DNA of 64,000 nt, taken from an uncultured Candidatus Saccharibacteria bacterium (GTDB taxonomy: Bacteria; Patescibacteriota; Doudnabacteria; UBA920). How positions within the stretch are numbered: position 1 is the stretch's first letter; each line of letters begins with the position of its first letter. Positions 1 through 10,113 of the stretch are shown here, piece by piece. The notes under the pieces were generated by a model. The model did not search any database and had not been told where the DNA came from. It saw only the letters and a list, made by a program, of their open reading frames with translations. The stretch spans positions 80,772 to 144,771 of the forward strand of contig CAZEKH010000003.1 in assembly GCA_964512925.1 (NCBI GenBank), written 5' to 3'. Made by a program: the position numbers and the translations under genes.

Positions 1-826
1 CCTGTCCGAATTTCAAGCCGAAATTTTTTAAAAAATTTCCATATTCGGATTCGGTTAACTGCGCGTTTTTAAAAAAAGATCCGGCATTGCCAAATTTTGC
101 TTGGGTTGGAAAAGGATATTTTTTGTCTCGAATTTTTGTCACAGCTTCCCTGATTTTTTTTAGCAGGATTTTTTTATTTTTAATTTCTATCAATTCAGGG
201 TTGTTTTTTAAATCCCGATAATCCAAAACCGGCTTTGGTAAAACCGACAAAGAAAAAGTAATATAAAATATAATATATTTTCCTTTTTGGCTTGTGTTAA
301 ATATGCTTTTTCTATATTCAAAACCACAGTCTTTATTTAATATTTCTGAAATCTGGTGGGTCTGTGTGTTAAAAACCGTTACGGATTTTACGATATTTTT
401 TGCTTCTTGTCCGTATGCCCCAACATTTTGAACGGCAATAGCGCCCGCAGATCCCGGGATATGAGATAAATTCTCCATTCCCCACCAGCCGTTTTTTACC
501 GCAAAATCAACCACCCCATCCCAATTTTCTCCAGCCGCGACTTTTAGAAATACCCGGTTAGGGCTAAGGGCTAAGAGTTTAGGGCTAAGAGTTATAAATT
601 CAATTCCCTTGTTCACAATTCGCACTACCAGCCCCTCGTAGCCTTTGTCGGAAACAAGTAGATTACTGCCTCCGCCAAGCACAAACACCGGCACTTTTTT
701 TTCTTTTGCAAACTCAAAAGCCGCCAAAGCGTCAAACTGGTCAGTTGCTTCACAAAAATACCTAGCCGGCCCGCCAATCTTGAAAGTCGTATACGGCGCC
801 AATAAAATGTTTTCCAAAATTTTCAT
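1..826 (-). CDS. murB: UDP-N-acetylenolpyruvoylglucosamine reductase MurB (N-terminal part; C-terminus runs off window start)
   Basis: Manual minus-strand translation from the ATG at complement 824-826 gives MKILENILLAPYTTFKIGGPARYF...VPVFVLGGGSNLLVSD...HIPGSAGAIAVQNVGAYGQE. These are classic MurB FAD-binding motifs. This ORF is not in the supplied track because it is truncated by the window edge. Confidence 0.8.
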   Translation of the reverse strand, partial: MKILENILLAPYTTFKIGGPARYFCEATDQFDALAAFEFAKEKKVPVFVLGGGSNLLVSDKGYEGLVVRIVNKGIEFITLSPKLLALSPNRVFLKVAAGENWDGVVDFAVKNGWWGMENLSHIPGSAGAIAVQNVGAYGQEAKNIVKSVTVFNTQTHQISEILNKDCGFEYRKSIFNTSQKGKYIIFYITFSLSVLPKPVLDYRDLKNNPELIEIKNKKILLKKIREAVTKIRDKKYPFPTQAKFGNAGSFFKNAQLTESEYGNFLKNFGLKFGQ

Positions 827-1299
827 TATATATTTGACAGGCTTTCAAACTTATCTGATAAAGCTTCAATAACGAGATAAATATCAGCCTCGTCTTTAAA
901 TCCATCTTCTTTTAATTCCAACAAAGCTTTAAATATAAAGAGCGCTTTATAATCATCATCAATAAAACCGTTTTCTTTTTTTGCTATACTTGCAACTTTA
1001 TTCCCAAAAAATTTATATAGTGAACTGAATTTGGTATCTGGTTGTAGGTCGTTGCTTTTTAGGCCGTTTTCAAAAAAATTTAAGGCTATTAATAATTCTT
1101 TTTTTCTTTGTGCAACTTTACTTTTTTGCTCTGCTAGCAATGAATCCAATTGTGCTTTTTCTGCATTTTCAGCAAAAAATTTATCATACTCTTCTGCTTT
1201 GCGCATTTCTTCTAAAAAGTCTTTTTGCGAAAATTGTTGTCTGTACTCGGCATCTATTTTGGATATAGTTTGATTTAAATCGGGATCCTCAAATTCCAT
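826..1299 (-). CDS. hypothetical protein (acidic, coiled-coil-like)
   Basis: 157-aa ORF in the same orientation as its neighbours. No recognisable motif. Confidence 0.35.
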   Translation of the reverse strand: MEFEDPDLNQTISKIDAEYRQQFSQKDFLEEMRKAEEYDKFFAENAEKAQLDSLLAEQKSKVAQRKKELLIALNFFENGLKSNDLQPDTKFSSLYKFFGNKVASIAKKENGFIDDDYKALFIFKALLELKEDGFKDEADIYLVIEALSDKFESLSNI

Positions 1300-1315
1300 A
1301 AAATAATAAACTTAA

Positions 1316-2782
1316 TTAAATTATCTCCTTAAATTCATAAGCCAAACGGTTGAACGCGCCGACTGCCATAACAACAATCACGTCTCCGGGCTTGGCTTCG
1401 GTTTTGAGTATATTTAGCGCTTCTTGTTTGTCTTTTACTTTTCTTACCTGCTTAGTGTTTGTCGATAAGCGGCTTTTAATTTCTTTAACCACTTCTTCGG
1501 AAGTTATATTGCCTGCCTGAATTTTTTCGCGGGCCGGATAAATCTCAGAGATTAAAACTTCGTCTGCATCTTCAAATGCTTCAGTTAATTCATTTAAAGT
1601 CGCTTTGGTTCGAGAAAAGGTGTGCGGTTCAAAGACAGCCCAAAGTTTAGGGTTTAGAGCTTGGGGGTTGGGGTTTAGTAATCCTGAAAAATATTTAAGG
1701 CGGGCGGCAGCCAGGGTTTCTTTTACCGCTGTCGGATGGTGAGCATAATCGTCAATGATTGTAATGCCGTTTTTTTCCGCCACCAATTCAAATCTTCTTT
1801 TAATGCCTCTAAAAGCCAAAACCTCTAAAGCCAGCTGTTCTGGTTTAAAACCCAAAACTCTCAAAGAGGCAACACAAGCTAAGGCATTGTAAACATTTAT
1901 TTTGCCTGGCAATTGGGTTTGATAATCTTCGGTCAAACTTAAAATTTGGGCGGTTTCGTCTTTGGAAAATTTATTTAAAACTTCAAATTTAGTGTACTGT
2001 CCATATTCTATATGCTCAACTTTAAAATCCGCATCGTTGTCAATGCCAAAACTTACGGTATTGCACGGAGCTTCTAAAGCCAATTTAGCGAGATGGATGT
2101 TGTCGGCGTTATAAACCAAAATTCCGTCTGGGGGTAGAGAATTTATCAAAAGTCTGAATTCCTCTTCCAAAGCTTCAAAACTTTCAAAAACATCCGGGTG
2201 GTCATACTCCAAGTTGGTTAAAACCAATATATCCGGTTTGTAAAAATGGAATTTCGGGGTCGGGTCGTCAAATTCTTCTTTGTATTCATCGCCCTCAAAA
2301 ACAAAATAATGTCCTTCGCCTTTATAAAAATTGGTATTTTGGCCTTGAAAAACTCCGCCGGTAAAAAAAGAACTGTCGTCTAAGGTTTTCAAAACACTGC
2401 CTAAAAAACCCGTAGTGGTGCTTTTGCCGTGCGTGCCGGTAATCACTATCCGAATTTTATCCGCTGCCAGTGTATGCAAAAATTTTCCCAAGCCGCAATG
2501 GGCCTTTAAATTTTCATATATCCATTTTACTTCCGGATTTAAAAACGTTTCTCCGGCAGAGATTACAAACAAATCAGCGTTTGAATTTTTTGCATTCTCC
2601 GCATTGTAGCCGGTAAAGTATTGGATGTGATTTTTGTCCAAAACATCTTTAGCCGGATTGTAAATTTCTTTGCTATCTGAACCTGAAACCTTCAGTCCGC
2701 TTTGCGCGGCAAGCCCCGCGGCCGCGGACATCCCGATGCCGCCGATGCCCACAAAATATACTGTATTTGCATTTATATTCAT
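1316..2782 (-). CDS. murC: UDP-N-acetylmuramate--L-alanine ligase MurC
   Basis: N-terminal VYFVGIGGIGMSAAAGLA...VSGSD and P-loop ITGTHGKSTTTG are typical of the Mur ligase family, MurC type. Confidence 0.85.
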   Translation of the reverse strand: MNINANTVYFVGIGGIGMSAAAGLAAQSGLKVSGSDSKEIYNPAKDVLDKNHIQYFTGYNAENAKNSNADLFVISAGETFLNPEVKWIYENLKAHCGLGKFLHTLAADKIRIVITGTHGKSTTTGFLGSVLKTLDDSSFFTGGVFQGQNTNFYKGEGHYFVFEGDEYKEEFDDPTPKFHFYKPDILVLTNLEYDHPDVFESFEALEEEFRLLINSLPPDGILVYNADNIHLAKLALEAPCNTVSFGIDNDADFKVEHIEYGQYTKFEVLNKFSKDETAQILSLTEDYQTQLPGKINVYNALACVASLRVLGFKPEQLALEVLAFRGIKRRFELVAEKNGITIIDDYAHHPTAVKETLAAARLKYFSGLLNPNPQALNPKLWAVFEPHTFSRTKATLNELTEAFEDADEVLISEIYPAREKIQAGNITSEEVVKEIKSRLSTNTKQVRKVKDKQEALNILKTEAKPGDVIVVMAVGAFNRLAYEFKEII

Positions 2783-3687
2783 ACAGATTTTACAGTTAAT
2801 AACTGCTCAATAACCGGCAAATATTTTTCCGCATATGCCCTGCCCTCCTCATAGTATATACGAAAAGTGTCCTGCGATAAATTGACTTTTGAAGTTTTTA
2901 AATCTTTCATAGTGATCGTCAAATCAGCCGGCCTGTTCGGCTTTTCAAATAAATTTTCGTTTTCCAAAGAAATTTGCAGGCTTTTTTCAATCACGGAAAA
3001 AATATCGTCTTCAAAGCCGTTATGTTTCTGTCCCAGCAAAGCCTTGACTTTTCCCGGCAAAGCTGCCAGTTTTTTTAAACTGTGGAAAAAAAACTTCGGA
3101 AGAACCCTGCCTGTCGCGAAATATTTATGAGCCTGAAGATTTATTTCCACCACAACATCCGGACCAAACCCGGACAATAAATCCGAAGGCAAATAAGTAA
3201 AAAGGCCCGCGTCAACCAAAATCTTATTTCCCCACTTAACCGGCTCAAACAGCCCAGGAAAAGCGCAAGACACAGTCGCGGCTTGGGCAATACTGCCCAT
3301 ACAAAGCGAAACTTTTTCACCAGAATTTATATCTATGGCCCCAAAAACCAGCTTAGTTTTAACATCCTCAAAAGTTTTACCTCCGGTTACCAGCTCCAAA
3401 TCCTCAGCAACCTTTTGTAAACTGTAAAGCCCGCTGCCGTTTCGGCTTTTTACCAAATATAGGTCTTTCATTGTGTTAAAATCCAACTGTAAAGCTTTGT
3501 TTTTTAGAATAGGTAATGTTCCGCATACATAAGCCGCCGAAACTAGCGATCCCCCGCTGCAAGCGGAAATATAATCTATGTCAACATTGTTTTCGGCTAA
3601 CACTTCCAAAAAACCTATATAAAAAGTGCTTCTGTTTCCAGCTCCGGAAAATGCCAAACCCAAAGTTGCTTTTCTTTTATTTATCAT
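2779..3687 (-). CDS. patatin-like phospholipase
   Basis: Gly-rich oxyanion region LAFSGAGNRS, GxSxG nucleophile motif ACSGGS, and a C-terminal DAG(L) Asp motif in VDAGLF. Confidence 0.7.
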   Translation of the reverse strand: MINKRKATLGLAFSGAGNRSTFYIGFLEVLAENNVDIDYISACSGGSLVSAAYVCGTLPILKNKALQLDFNTMKDLYLVKSRNGSGLYSLQKVAEDLELVTGGKTFEDVKTKLVFGAIDINSGEKVSLCMGSIAQAATVSCAFPGLFEPVKWGNKILVDAGLFTYLPSDLLSGFGPDVVVEINLQAHKYFATGRVLPKFFFHSLKKLAALPGKVKALLGQKHNGFEDDIFSVIEKSLQISLENENLFEKPNRPADLTITMKDLKTSKVNLSQDTFRIYYEEGRAYAEKYLPVIEQLLTVKSV

Positions 3688-4771
3688 TTTGAGCCAGCGC
3701 TGTGATTAAATCAGCTACTGTTTCCGCCGCATTATGCGGCATAATTTTTTTTATGTTCTCCTGCATTACAAGTTGGTATTTATGGTCAAACATTAATTTT
3801 CGTATAAGCAAAGGAAAATTTTCAGGTTTTAAAAATTGTTGAGGCGCGAACAACGCCGCCTGCTTTTGTTCCAAATATATGGCATTAAGTTCCTGATGAG
3901 ATCTGGGCATTGGGACAATAATTGCCATTTTTCCCAAAACTGATAGCTCTGAAATTGTTGAAAGCCCGGCCCTGCAAACGACAAAGTCCGCGGCTTTATA
4001 AATTTCAGGCATATTGTCCGAAAACTCAATCTGAACATAATTTCTTCCGACGACATCTTTAGTTTTACCCTTGCCGGTAATATGACAAACTTGAACTATG
4101 CGGCATAACTCTGGTAAACACTCCCAAACCAAATTATTTAGGTATTCAGATCCTGTTCCTCCCCCCAAAACCAGTAGTACGGGCAAATCGTCTGAAAAAT
4201 TCAAACAAGCCCTGGCCTCCCTTGAAGTTTTTTTTATTTCAAGTTTTCTGGTCGGATTTCCGGTAAATATAATTTTTTCCGACTTATTTTTGAAAAATAT
4301 TCCACTGCCGGAATAAAAATGTTTTAAGGACAAAGGAAAAGTTACTGTAATTTTTTTTGCAAAAAATTGACAGAGTTTATTTGACCAGGACGGCACGATA
4401 TCCTGCTGATGGATAACGGAAGGGATGCCAAACAACTTTCCCGCCCAAATAACTGGAACCTGAACAAAACTCCCGGCCGCAAAAATGCAGTTTGGGCGAA
4501 ACTTGCGTATGATTTTTATCGCCTGGAACATACCGTAAAAAAACTCAAAAAAAGTTCCGGCATTTTTCAATGAAAAATAGCGGCGCCATTTGCCAGCGCT
4601 GATAGGTAAAAACGGCACATTCAAAACTTCACACATTTCTTTTTCCGGCCCATATTTGGTGCCGACAAATAAAAATTCGGCATTCGGTTGCTTTTCTTTG
4701 ATTTTTTCATAAACAGCCAAAAGGGGCGAAGTCGGGCCTCCGCTGCCGCCGCCAGCTAGCAAAATTTTCAT
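3677..4771 (-). CDS. murG: undecaprenyldiphospho-muramoylpentapeptide beta-N-acetylglucosaminyltransferase MurG
   Basis: N-terminal MKILLAGGGSGG (MurG GGTGGH-like G-loop) and C-terminal LVLGGGTGSE, in a GT28 architecture, next to murC. Confidence 0.7.
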   Translation of the reverse strand: MKILLAGGGSGGPTSPLLAVYEKIKEKQPNAEFLFVGTKYGPEKEMCEVLNVPFLPISAGKWRRYFSLKNAGTFFEFFYGMFQAIKIIRKFRPNCIFAAGSFVQVPVIWAGKLFGIPSVIHQQDIVPSWSNKLCQFFAKKITVTFPLSLKHFYSGSGIFFKNKSEKIIFTGNPTRKLEIKKTSREARACLNFSDDLPVLLVLGGGTGSEYLNNLVWECLPELCRIVQVCHITGKGKTKDVVGRNYVQIEFSDNMPEIYKAADFVVCRAGLSTISELSVLGKMAIIVPMPRSHQELNAIYLEQKQAALFAPQQFLKPENFPLLIRKLMFDHKYQLVMQENIKKIMPHNAAETVADLITALAQNDK

Positions 4772-5940
4772 AATTGTTTGCTTAAATTGTTATTTTCCGC
4801 CGATGTTTCCAAAATCCTTAAAGTTTTTTCCGCGCAATTTTTCCAATCAAAAATAAGACTTCTTTTCCAACTTTTTTCCTTAACTGTTTGAAAAAAATCA
4901 GCGTCTCTGGCAAGCAAATTCATTTTTTCCGCAATGTCATTGGTGTCCAACCCGTCAAAATACACAGCCGCATCGTCATATATCTCGTTAAAAGTCTCGG
5001 TATTAGCCGCGAGTAGGGGCAAGCCAAAGCTCATCGCTTCCACCCCGGGCAGCCCGAATCCTTCGTTCATTGAGGCGGAAACATAGGCATAGGCCGAAGC
5101 ATACAATGCCGACAACTCAGGGTCGGAAACTTCGCCTGTAAACACCAAACGGTTTTTATGTTTAATATCCATAGCATGATGTCTAATATCAGGATAATGC
5201 TTATCGGTTTTTCCGGCAATGACAAGATCAAAGTCATAACCGTATTTTTCAATAAAAATATCAAACCCTCTGCATAGGTTTATTAAATTCTTCTTTCTCT
5301 CCAAAGTGCCGACAAAAAGAAAAAACGGCCTGCGCAAAATATATCTGGCTTTTACTTCTTCAACGAATTTTTCTTCCGGCTTGTTTAACATAGTAAAACC
5401 TTCATACACAACTGAAATTTTTTGCGGATTTACGTTCAAAAATTGTTCTATGTCTTTTTTTGCAGATTCAGAAACAGAAATCACGGCCGCTGAACGACGA
5501 GCGGCGTTTTGAATTACTTTTTTATACGCCCAAAAATGTAGTAGTCTGCTTTTTTTTGCGCCACTGATTTTATGATGCACCAAATCATGAATTGTCACAA
5601 CAAAGGGATGTGGGCATTTTATGGGTACATTAAAATTGGGGAAAAACATCAAATCCAAGGGAGTTTTTTTTAGCAGTCTCGGATAACGTATTTGTTCCGC
5701 CAAAGAATAGTGTTTGATGTTAGCGGGAATCAATTCGGCATTTTTGTATTTGTCCGTGATTTTTAAAAGCAATACCGAATCCGTTTGGTTATAAAATATT
5801 TTATAGGAATTTTTAGAGTCAATATTTAAAAGTCCGGCCAAGAGTTCCTGGCTGTATCTGCCTATCCCGCCGTTTTTAAATCCGATAAGTCTTGCGTCAA
5901 ATCCAAAAATCATATATTCATAGCTTGAAATATTTGGCAA
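4768..5940 (-). CDS. glycosyltransferase family 4 (GT1/GT4 fold)
   Basis: C-terminal EGFGLPGVEAMSFGLPLLAANTETFNEIYDDAAVYFD matches the GT4 EX7E motif region. Confidence 0.8.
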   Translation of the reverse strand: MPNISSYEYMIFGFDARLIGFKNGGIGRYSQELLAGLLNIDSKNSYKIFYNQTDSVLLLKITDKYKNAELIPANIKHYSLAEQIRYPRLLKKTPLDLMFFPNFNVPIKCPHPFVVTIHDLVHHKISGAKKSRLLHFWAYKKVIQNAARRSAAVISVSESAKKDIEQFLNVNPQKISVVYEGFTMLNKPEEKFVEEVKARYILRRPFFLFVGTLERKKNLINLCRGFDIFIEKYGYDFDLVIAGKTDKHYPDIRHHAMDIKHKNRLVFTGEVSDPELSALYASAYAYVSASMNEGFGLPGVEAMSFGLPLLAANTETFNEIYDDAAVYFDGLDTNDIAEKMNLLARDADFFQTVKEKSWKRSLIFDWKNCAEKTLRILETSAENNNLSKQL

Positions 5941-7034
5941 ATTTTTTCCGCGGATCTCCGCCAGGAAAAATCACCTGCTCTTTGCCGGCCCTTTTTAACC
6001 AAATTATCTCTTAATTCTTTGTCTAAAAAAATTCGGCTCACTGCTTCCGATATTTGCCTAAAATCAAAAGGGTTTATAAGCAAAGCTCCGCCGCCAGCCA
6101 CTTCGGGCAGGGAGCTAAAGCTGGATGTGACCACGGGGGTTTTTGTAAAAAAACTTTCCAATACCTGAAAGCCAAAACCTTCATAATACGAAGGATAAAT
6201 CAAAACTTCAGCAGCGGCAATCAGAGCTTGTTTATCCGATTCTTTGACATAACCTAAATAATGTATTTTTGATTTTTTCTTATGCTGAAGAAGTTCTTTA
6301 AAAATTTTTCCCGCTTTCCATCCTCGTTTTCCCGCAATCACCAAATAACAATCATCGTCCAGAAGGGAAAATGCGTTTAAGACGGAACTTAAATTTTTTC
6401 GCGGCTCAATGGTATTTAAAAATAAGACAAACCTGCCAGGCAGCGAGAGCCTATTTCTGGCGCTTTTGATCGCTTCGCCCATATCTTGTTCACCCAGTTC
6501 CAAAAAGTCGGTTGCCGGATATACAACTTGCAGCTTACTGTCCGGAATATTAAATATTTTTTTCAAATCATTTTTGGTGGACTCGGAAACCGGCAAAAGC
6601 ATATCAGCCCGGGCGAATGAATTTTTATAATTAAGCAGCTTATGCCAAACCTTTCTTTTAAAGTCATAAAATTGCGGCATTATAATCGGCGACAAATCGT
6701 GGACTGTAACAACCACTTTAACATGCTTTTCAACATTAAATTGGTTTAAATTCGGCATAAATAAAATATCAATTTCGCCCAAAAATTTTTCCAATTTAAC
6801 TATTTTAAACATCAATAGTATGTTTAAAAGCTTATTTGGCCAGCGGATATGCTTAAATGTTGAGTTAATAAACTGAAATTGCTGAAAGTCCGGTTTTTTT
6901 AGACCGGTATAAAACAAAACATATTGATTTTTTCTATCAACCGTTAAAAGACCTTCTACGACATTTTTCGTATAGTTTTCCACTCCGGATATGGAGCCTG
7001 ATGACAGGCTTCTGAGGTCAACAGCCACTTTCAC
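5910..7034 (-). CDS. glycosyltransferase family 4
   Basis: EGFGFQVLESFFTKTPVVTSSFSSLPEVAGGGALLINP GT4 signature. Confidence 0.75.
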   Translation of the reverse strand: MKVAVDLRSLSSGSISGVENYTKNVVEGLLTVDRKNQYVLFYTGLKKPDFQQFQFINSTFKHIRWPNKLLNILLMFKIVKLEKFLGEIDILFMPNLNQFNVEKHVKVVVTVHDLSPIIMPQFYDFKRKVWHKLLNYKNSFARADMLLPVSESTKNDLKKIFNIPDSKLQVVYPATDFLELGEQDMGEAIKSARNRLSLPGRFVLFLNTIEPRKNLSSVLNAFSLLDDDCYLVIAGKRGWKAGKIFKELLQHKKKSKIHYLGYVKESDKQALIAAAEVLIYPSYYEGFGFQVLESFFTKTPVVTSSFSSLPEVAGGGALLINPFDFRQISEAVSRIFLDKELRDNLVKKGRQRAGDFSWRRSAEKICQIFQAMNI

Positions 7035-7040
7035 AAATAT

Positions 7041-8243
7041 TTAAAAATTTTTTAATATTTCCAAAATCCTTTTTTTAAACACTTCAGTTTCAAATTTTTT
7101 TGCTTGTTTTTGCAAATTTTGAATTAAATACTTTTCAGAATCCCAGTTTAAAATCTTTTGCTTAATACTCTCCTTGTCGTATGTTCTAAAAAATTCGCCC
7201 GTAACACCCTCAATGACCGTTTCCAAAGCCCCGCCCAGCCCATAAGCCAGAGTTGGGGTGCCGGCCGCGCCTGCTTCCAGGGGCATAAGCCCGAAATCTT
7301 CCAGCTGAGGATATATAAGGGCTTTAGCTCCCCTATACTGAGTTTTTAATTCTTCATCAGAAATTTTGCCTAAAAACTTAATATTATCTTTTGCTATCAA
7401 ACGCAAGTATTTTTCCTGCCTGCCTGAGCCCGCAATATGAAGCGGTATTTTCAAATCATTGAATATTTCGATTATTAAATCATTTTTTTTATGCGCTTGC
7501 AGCCTGCCGGCTAAAAGAAAATATGTTCTATTGCGAATTTCCGAATCACCGCCAGTTGCCCAAAAATCAAAATTTATTGACGGATATATCACTACGCTGT
7601 CCCGATTGTAGAATTTTTTTATCCGGTTTTGAACTTCTTTTGAATTAGCTATCAAAAAATCAATTTTTTTTACGCCATTTAAATCCCATTTTTGCATCCA
7701 ATTGATAAATACCTTCGCAACAGGCCTTAAAATATACGGCACTTCTTGTTTTATGTATTCTTTTTCTATCCATAAAAACCTTGTGGGACTATGACAAAAA
7801 CTGATGTGTTTGGCTCCGACTTTTAACTTAATGTTGCGGATAAATCCGGAGCTGGAAGAAATGACCAGGTCATAAGCCCTTAAATCCAGACTCTCTGCCG
7901 CGAAAGGAATCAATGGGAGTAAAAATTTAATATGCGGAACAAGCCTATAAACCGCGTTCAACCAGGTTGTCCGAATGTCCCAACCTTGGTATTTTTGCCT
8001 GTTTTTTTCGTCAAACACCAAAGTATAGACCGGCGAATTTGGAAACATCTCGTGCAAAATATCCACTACCCTTTCCGCTCCACCCATTTGGGTTAAACTA
8101 TCGTGTATTAAAGCAACATTTATTTTCGTATTTTTGTGCAAATTCGTATTCGTAAAATTTAATAATTTTCTTTGGGTTTTTTTGCAAAAAATAAAAACCA
8201 AAAACTCTTTGCCAAGATTTTTAAATCGCGTATAAACGACCAA
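7041..8243 (-). CDS. glycosyltransferase family 4. The true start is probably an internal Met because the 5' end overlaps the upstream gene by 85 nt.
   Basis: ALIHDSLTQMGGAERVV N-terminal GT4 motif and GLMPLEAGAAGTPTLAYGLGGALETV C-terminal motif. Confidence 0.7.
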   Translation of the reverse strand: MVVYTRFKNLGKEFLVFIFCKKTQRKLLNFTNTNLHKNTKINVALIHDSLTQMGGAERVVDILHEMFPNSPVYTLVFDEKNRQKYQGWDIRTTWLNAVYRLVPHIKFLLPLIPFAAESLDLRAYDLVISSSSGFIRNIKLKVGAKHISFCHSPTRFLWIEKEYIKQEVPYILRPVAKVFINWMQKWDLNGVKKIDFLIANSKEVQNRIKKFYNRDSVVIYPSINFDFWATGGDSEIRNRTYFLLAGRLQAHKKNDLIIEIFNDLKIPLHIAGSGRQEKYLRLIAKDNIKFLGKISDEELKTQYRGAKALIYPQLEDFGLMPLEAGAAGTPTLAYGLGGALETVIEGVTGEFFRTYDKESIKQKILNWDSEKYLIQNLQKQAKKFETEVFKKRILEILKNF

Positions 8244-9595
8244 TTTTCAATATAGTAAGTGTTGAGGCGGATTTCTTCTTCAAAAGGCAAATCCGGCCAA
8301 GTCAGCTGCGCCAGCTGCGAATAACCGAAAATTCCCGGCTTTATTGAAAACATTCTTCGATAGCGATTGCGGTATTTGTCAACTTCATCCAATACATGAG
8401 CCCTGGGGCCCACCATACTCATATCTCCCTTTAAGACATTCCAAAACTGAGGTAGTTCGTCAAGCTTTGTTTTTCGTAAAAATTTTCCTACTTTTGTAAC
8501 TCTCGGATCATCTTTGATTTTTAAAAAAGGCCCGCTTTCCCCTCCTCGGCTGTTTTGTTGCCATAACTCTTTTCTTACTTTCTCAGCCATCTGCCCCCCA
8601 TATTCATCACCTACGGACAAGTGGCTGAACATTGTCCGGAATTTGTAAAAACGAAAATCTTTTTTACAACCGCCCCTCATAGCCGAATAAATAACTTTTC
8701 CACGACTATTAAATTTCACGGCTAAAGTGATGATTAAAAAAAGCGGGGCTGTTAAAATCAAACATAAAATGGAAGCAAAAACATCGAAAACTCTTTTTGC
8801 GACTTTACCCCAGCCGTCTAAAGGAGTATTTTTTAACAATATCAAAGGTACCCCGCCTAACTCGGTGGTCTCCACCGAATTCCTTTGCACTTCAAACAAA
8901 TTCGGTATAAAACTGAATTCCAGGCCTTTGTTTCGGCAAAATTCAACCAATTTTAAATTATCTTCTTCGGGCAAAGATGAATCAGATTGCAATATTTCAT
9001 CAAAACCCGGATTTTCATAAAGTTTTTCCAAAACAATCCAGATGTTGTCGTCAAAAGAGGTTTCCTTTAAAACCCAAAAGCCCAAATTTTTATTTTTAAA
9101 ATATTGCCTTAAAAAATCCAAAGAACTTTCTTTTTTATACACAACCACAATTCTATGTTGTCCTATGCCTTTTTTAAACAAAAATTCCTGAAAAAGCTTC
9201 AAAGAAAAACGTCCCAAAACAACAAAAAATATTCCTAAAATCCAAGTAACCAAAATAATGAATCTTGAAGGAAAAATTGATTGGTCGAAGAAAAACAGCA
9301 GTATCACGACCAACAGACCCAGCGAAACCCCTATCAAGATCTGCTTTAACTCGGATAAAAATTTCCTGGTGCCTTTCAGACCGTATAAGCCAAGTAAAGC
9401 AAAAATAACTACAATAAAAGGCACTATTTTACAAGCCGTTATTACAAATTGGTGGAAATCCAACTCGTATAAAATCGGTTTAGAAAAAACCTGTGGATTT
9501 TTCCTCAAAAAAAAGGCGGTAACCCCGGCCAAAATGAGCATCGCCCCATCAAAAGGCACGGAAACAAAATTAAATATCAATTCTGATTTTTTCAT
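8159..9595 (-). CDS. undecaprenyl-phosphate sugar phosphotransferase (WbaP/CpsE-type priming glycosyltransferase)
   Basis: Multi-TM N-terminus followed by KRVFDVFASILCLILTAPLF...FYKFRTMF...PRVTKVGKFLRKTKLDELPQFWNVLKGDMSMVGPR (bacterial sugar transferase domain). Confidence 0.85.
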   Translation of the reverse strand: MKKSELIFNFVSVPFDGAMLILAGVTAFFLRKNPQVFSKPILYELDFHQFVITACKIVPFIVVIFALLGLYGLKGTRKFLSELKQILIGVSLGLLVVILLFFFDQSIFPSRFIILVTWILGIFFVVLGRFSLKLFQEFLFKKGIGQHRIVVVYKKESSLDFLRQYFKNKNLGFWVLKETSFDDNIWIVLEKLYENPGFDEILQSDSSLPEEDNLKLVEFCRNKGLEFSFIPNLFEVQRNSVETTELGGVPLILLKNTPLDGWGKVAKRVFDVFASILCLILTAPLFLIITLAVKFNSRGKVIYSAMRGGCKKDFRFYKFRTMFSHLSVGDEYGGQMAEKVRKELWQQNSRGGESGPFLKIKDDPRVTKVGKFLRKTKLDELPQFWNVLKGDMSMVGPRAHVLDEVDKYRNRYRRMFSIKPGIFGYSQLAQLTWPDLPFEEEIRLNTYYIENWSFIRDLKILAKSFWFLFFAKKPKENY

Positions 9596-9643
9596 ATTTG
9601 GCTTATATTATAGCATTTTTATTGATGAAAGCCAAATTTACAC

Positions 9644-9672
9644 TTGACAAAAATACAAAAATGTATTAAAAT
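9644..9672 (+). promoter_or_regulatory. sigma70-type promoter of rnpB (-35 TTGACA, 17-nt spacer, -10 TAAAAT)
   Basis: TTGACA at 9644-9649 and TAAAAT at 9667-9672. The predicted TSS is about 7 nt downstream, which coincides with the start of the RNase P P1 helix at 9679. Confidence 0.6.
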
Positions 9673-9678
9673 ATATCA

Positions 9679-10064
9679 GCTTTAAGCAAATCGTATAATC
9701 GCTTAACCCATAGCCTTGCTATGGGTTGGGAGGAAAGTCCGAACACTTGGTTGATAGTCACTTAAGAATTATCAACACTGGTAGCGGGTAACACCCGTCT
9801 GGAGTAACTCCGATGTAAAAGTCGGAGCCAAGCCACGAGATGCGAACAGAAACGGTTGCGCGCGAAAGCAAGCAACCGCCCTATACCTCAAGCTTTGCTA
9901 AATGGTATAGGGCGATCTCCAAAAGTAATTTTGGAGGTGAAACGGCTAAATTCTTACCTGAGTGCAAGGCCAAATTTGGTAGGCTGCTTGACCCTTCTGG
10001 CGACAGACAGGGCAGATAGATGATTATATAAAAACAGAATTCGGCTTATGAGTTTGCTTAAAGC
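9679..10064 (+). ncRNA. rnpB: RNase P RNA (bacterial type)
   Basis: Conserved P4 strands GGGAGGAAAGTCCGAAC (5') and ACAGAATTCGGCTTAT (3'), GGTGAAACGG and GGGTAACACCCG motifs. The P1 helix pairs 9679-9692 (gctttaagcaaatcg) with 10050-10064 (gagtttgcttaaagc). No ORF is present. Confidence 0.8.
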
Positions 10065-10068
10065 AATT

Positions 10069-10106
10069 TTAAAACCCTCCCGATATATTGGAAGGGTTTT
10101 AAAATT
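10069..10106 (+). terminator. rho-independent terminator after rnpB
   Basis: aaaaccctcc-cgatatatt-ggaagggtttt hairpin followed by a T-run. Confidence 0.6.
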
Positions 10107-10113
10107 TGTGTTG

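Noticed and set aside
645-872. Plus-strand 75-aa ORF
   Set aside because: It lies entirely antisense within the murB coding region, and murB has strong motifs. It is a shadow ORF.
7041-8243. Full-length 400-aa call for the GT4 gene
   Set aside because: The first ~40 residues overlap the WbaP-like gene end by 85 nt. The conserved GT4 N-terminus begins later (ALIHDSL...). The start was kept as given, but it is probably an over-extension.
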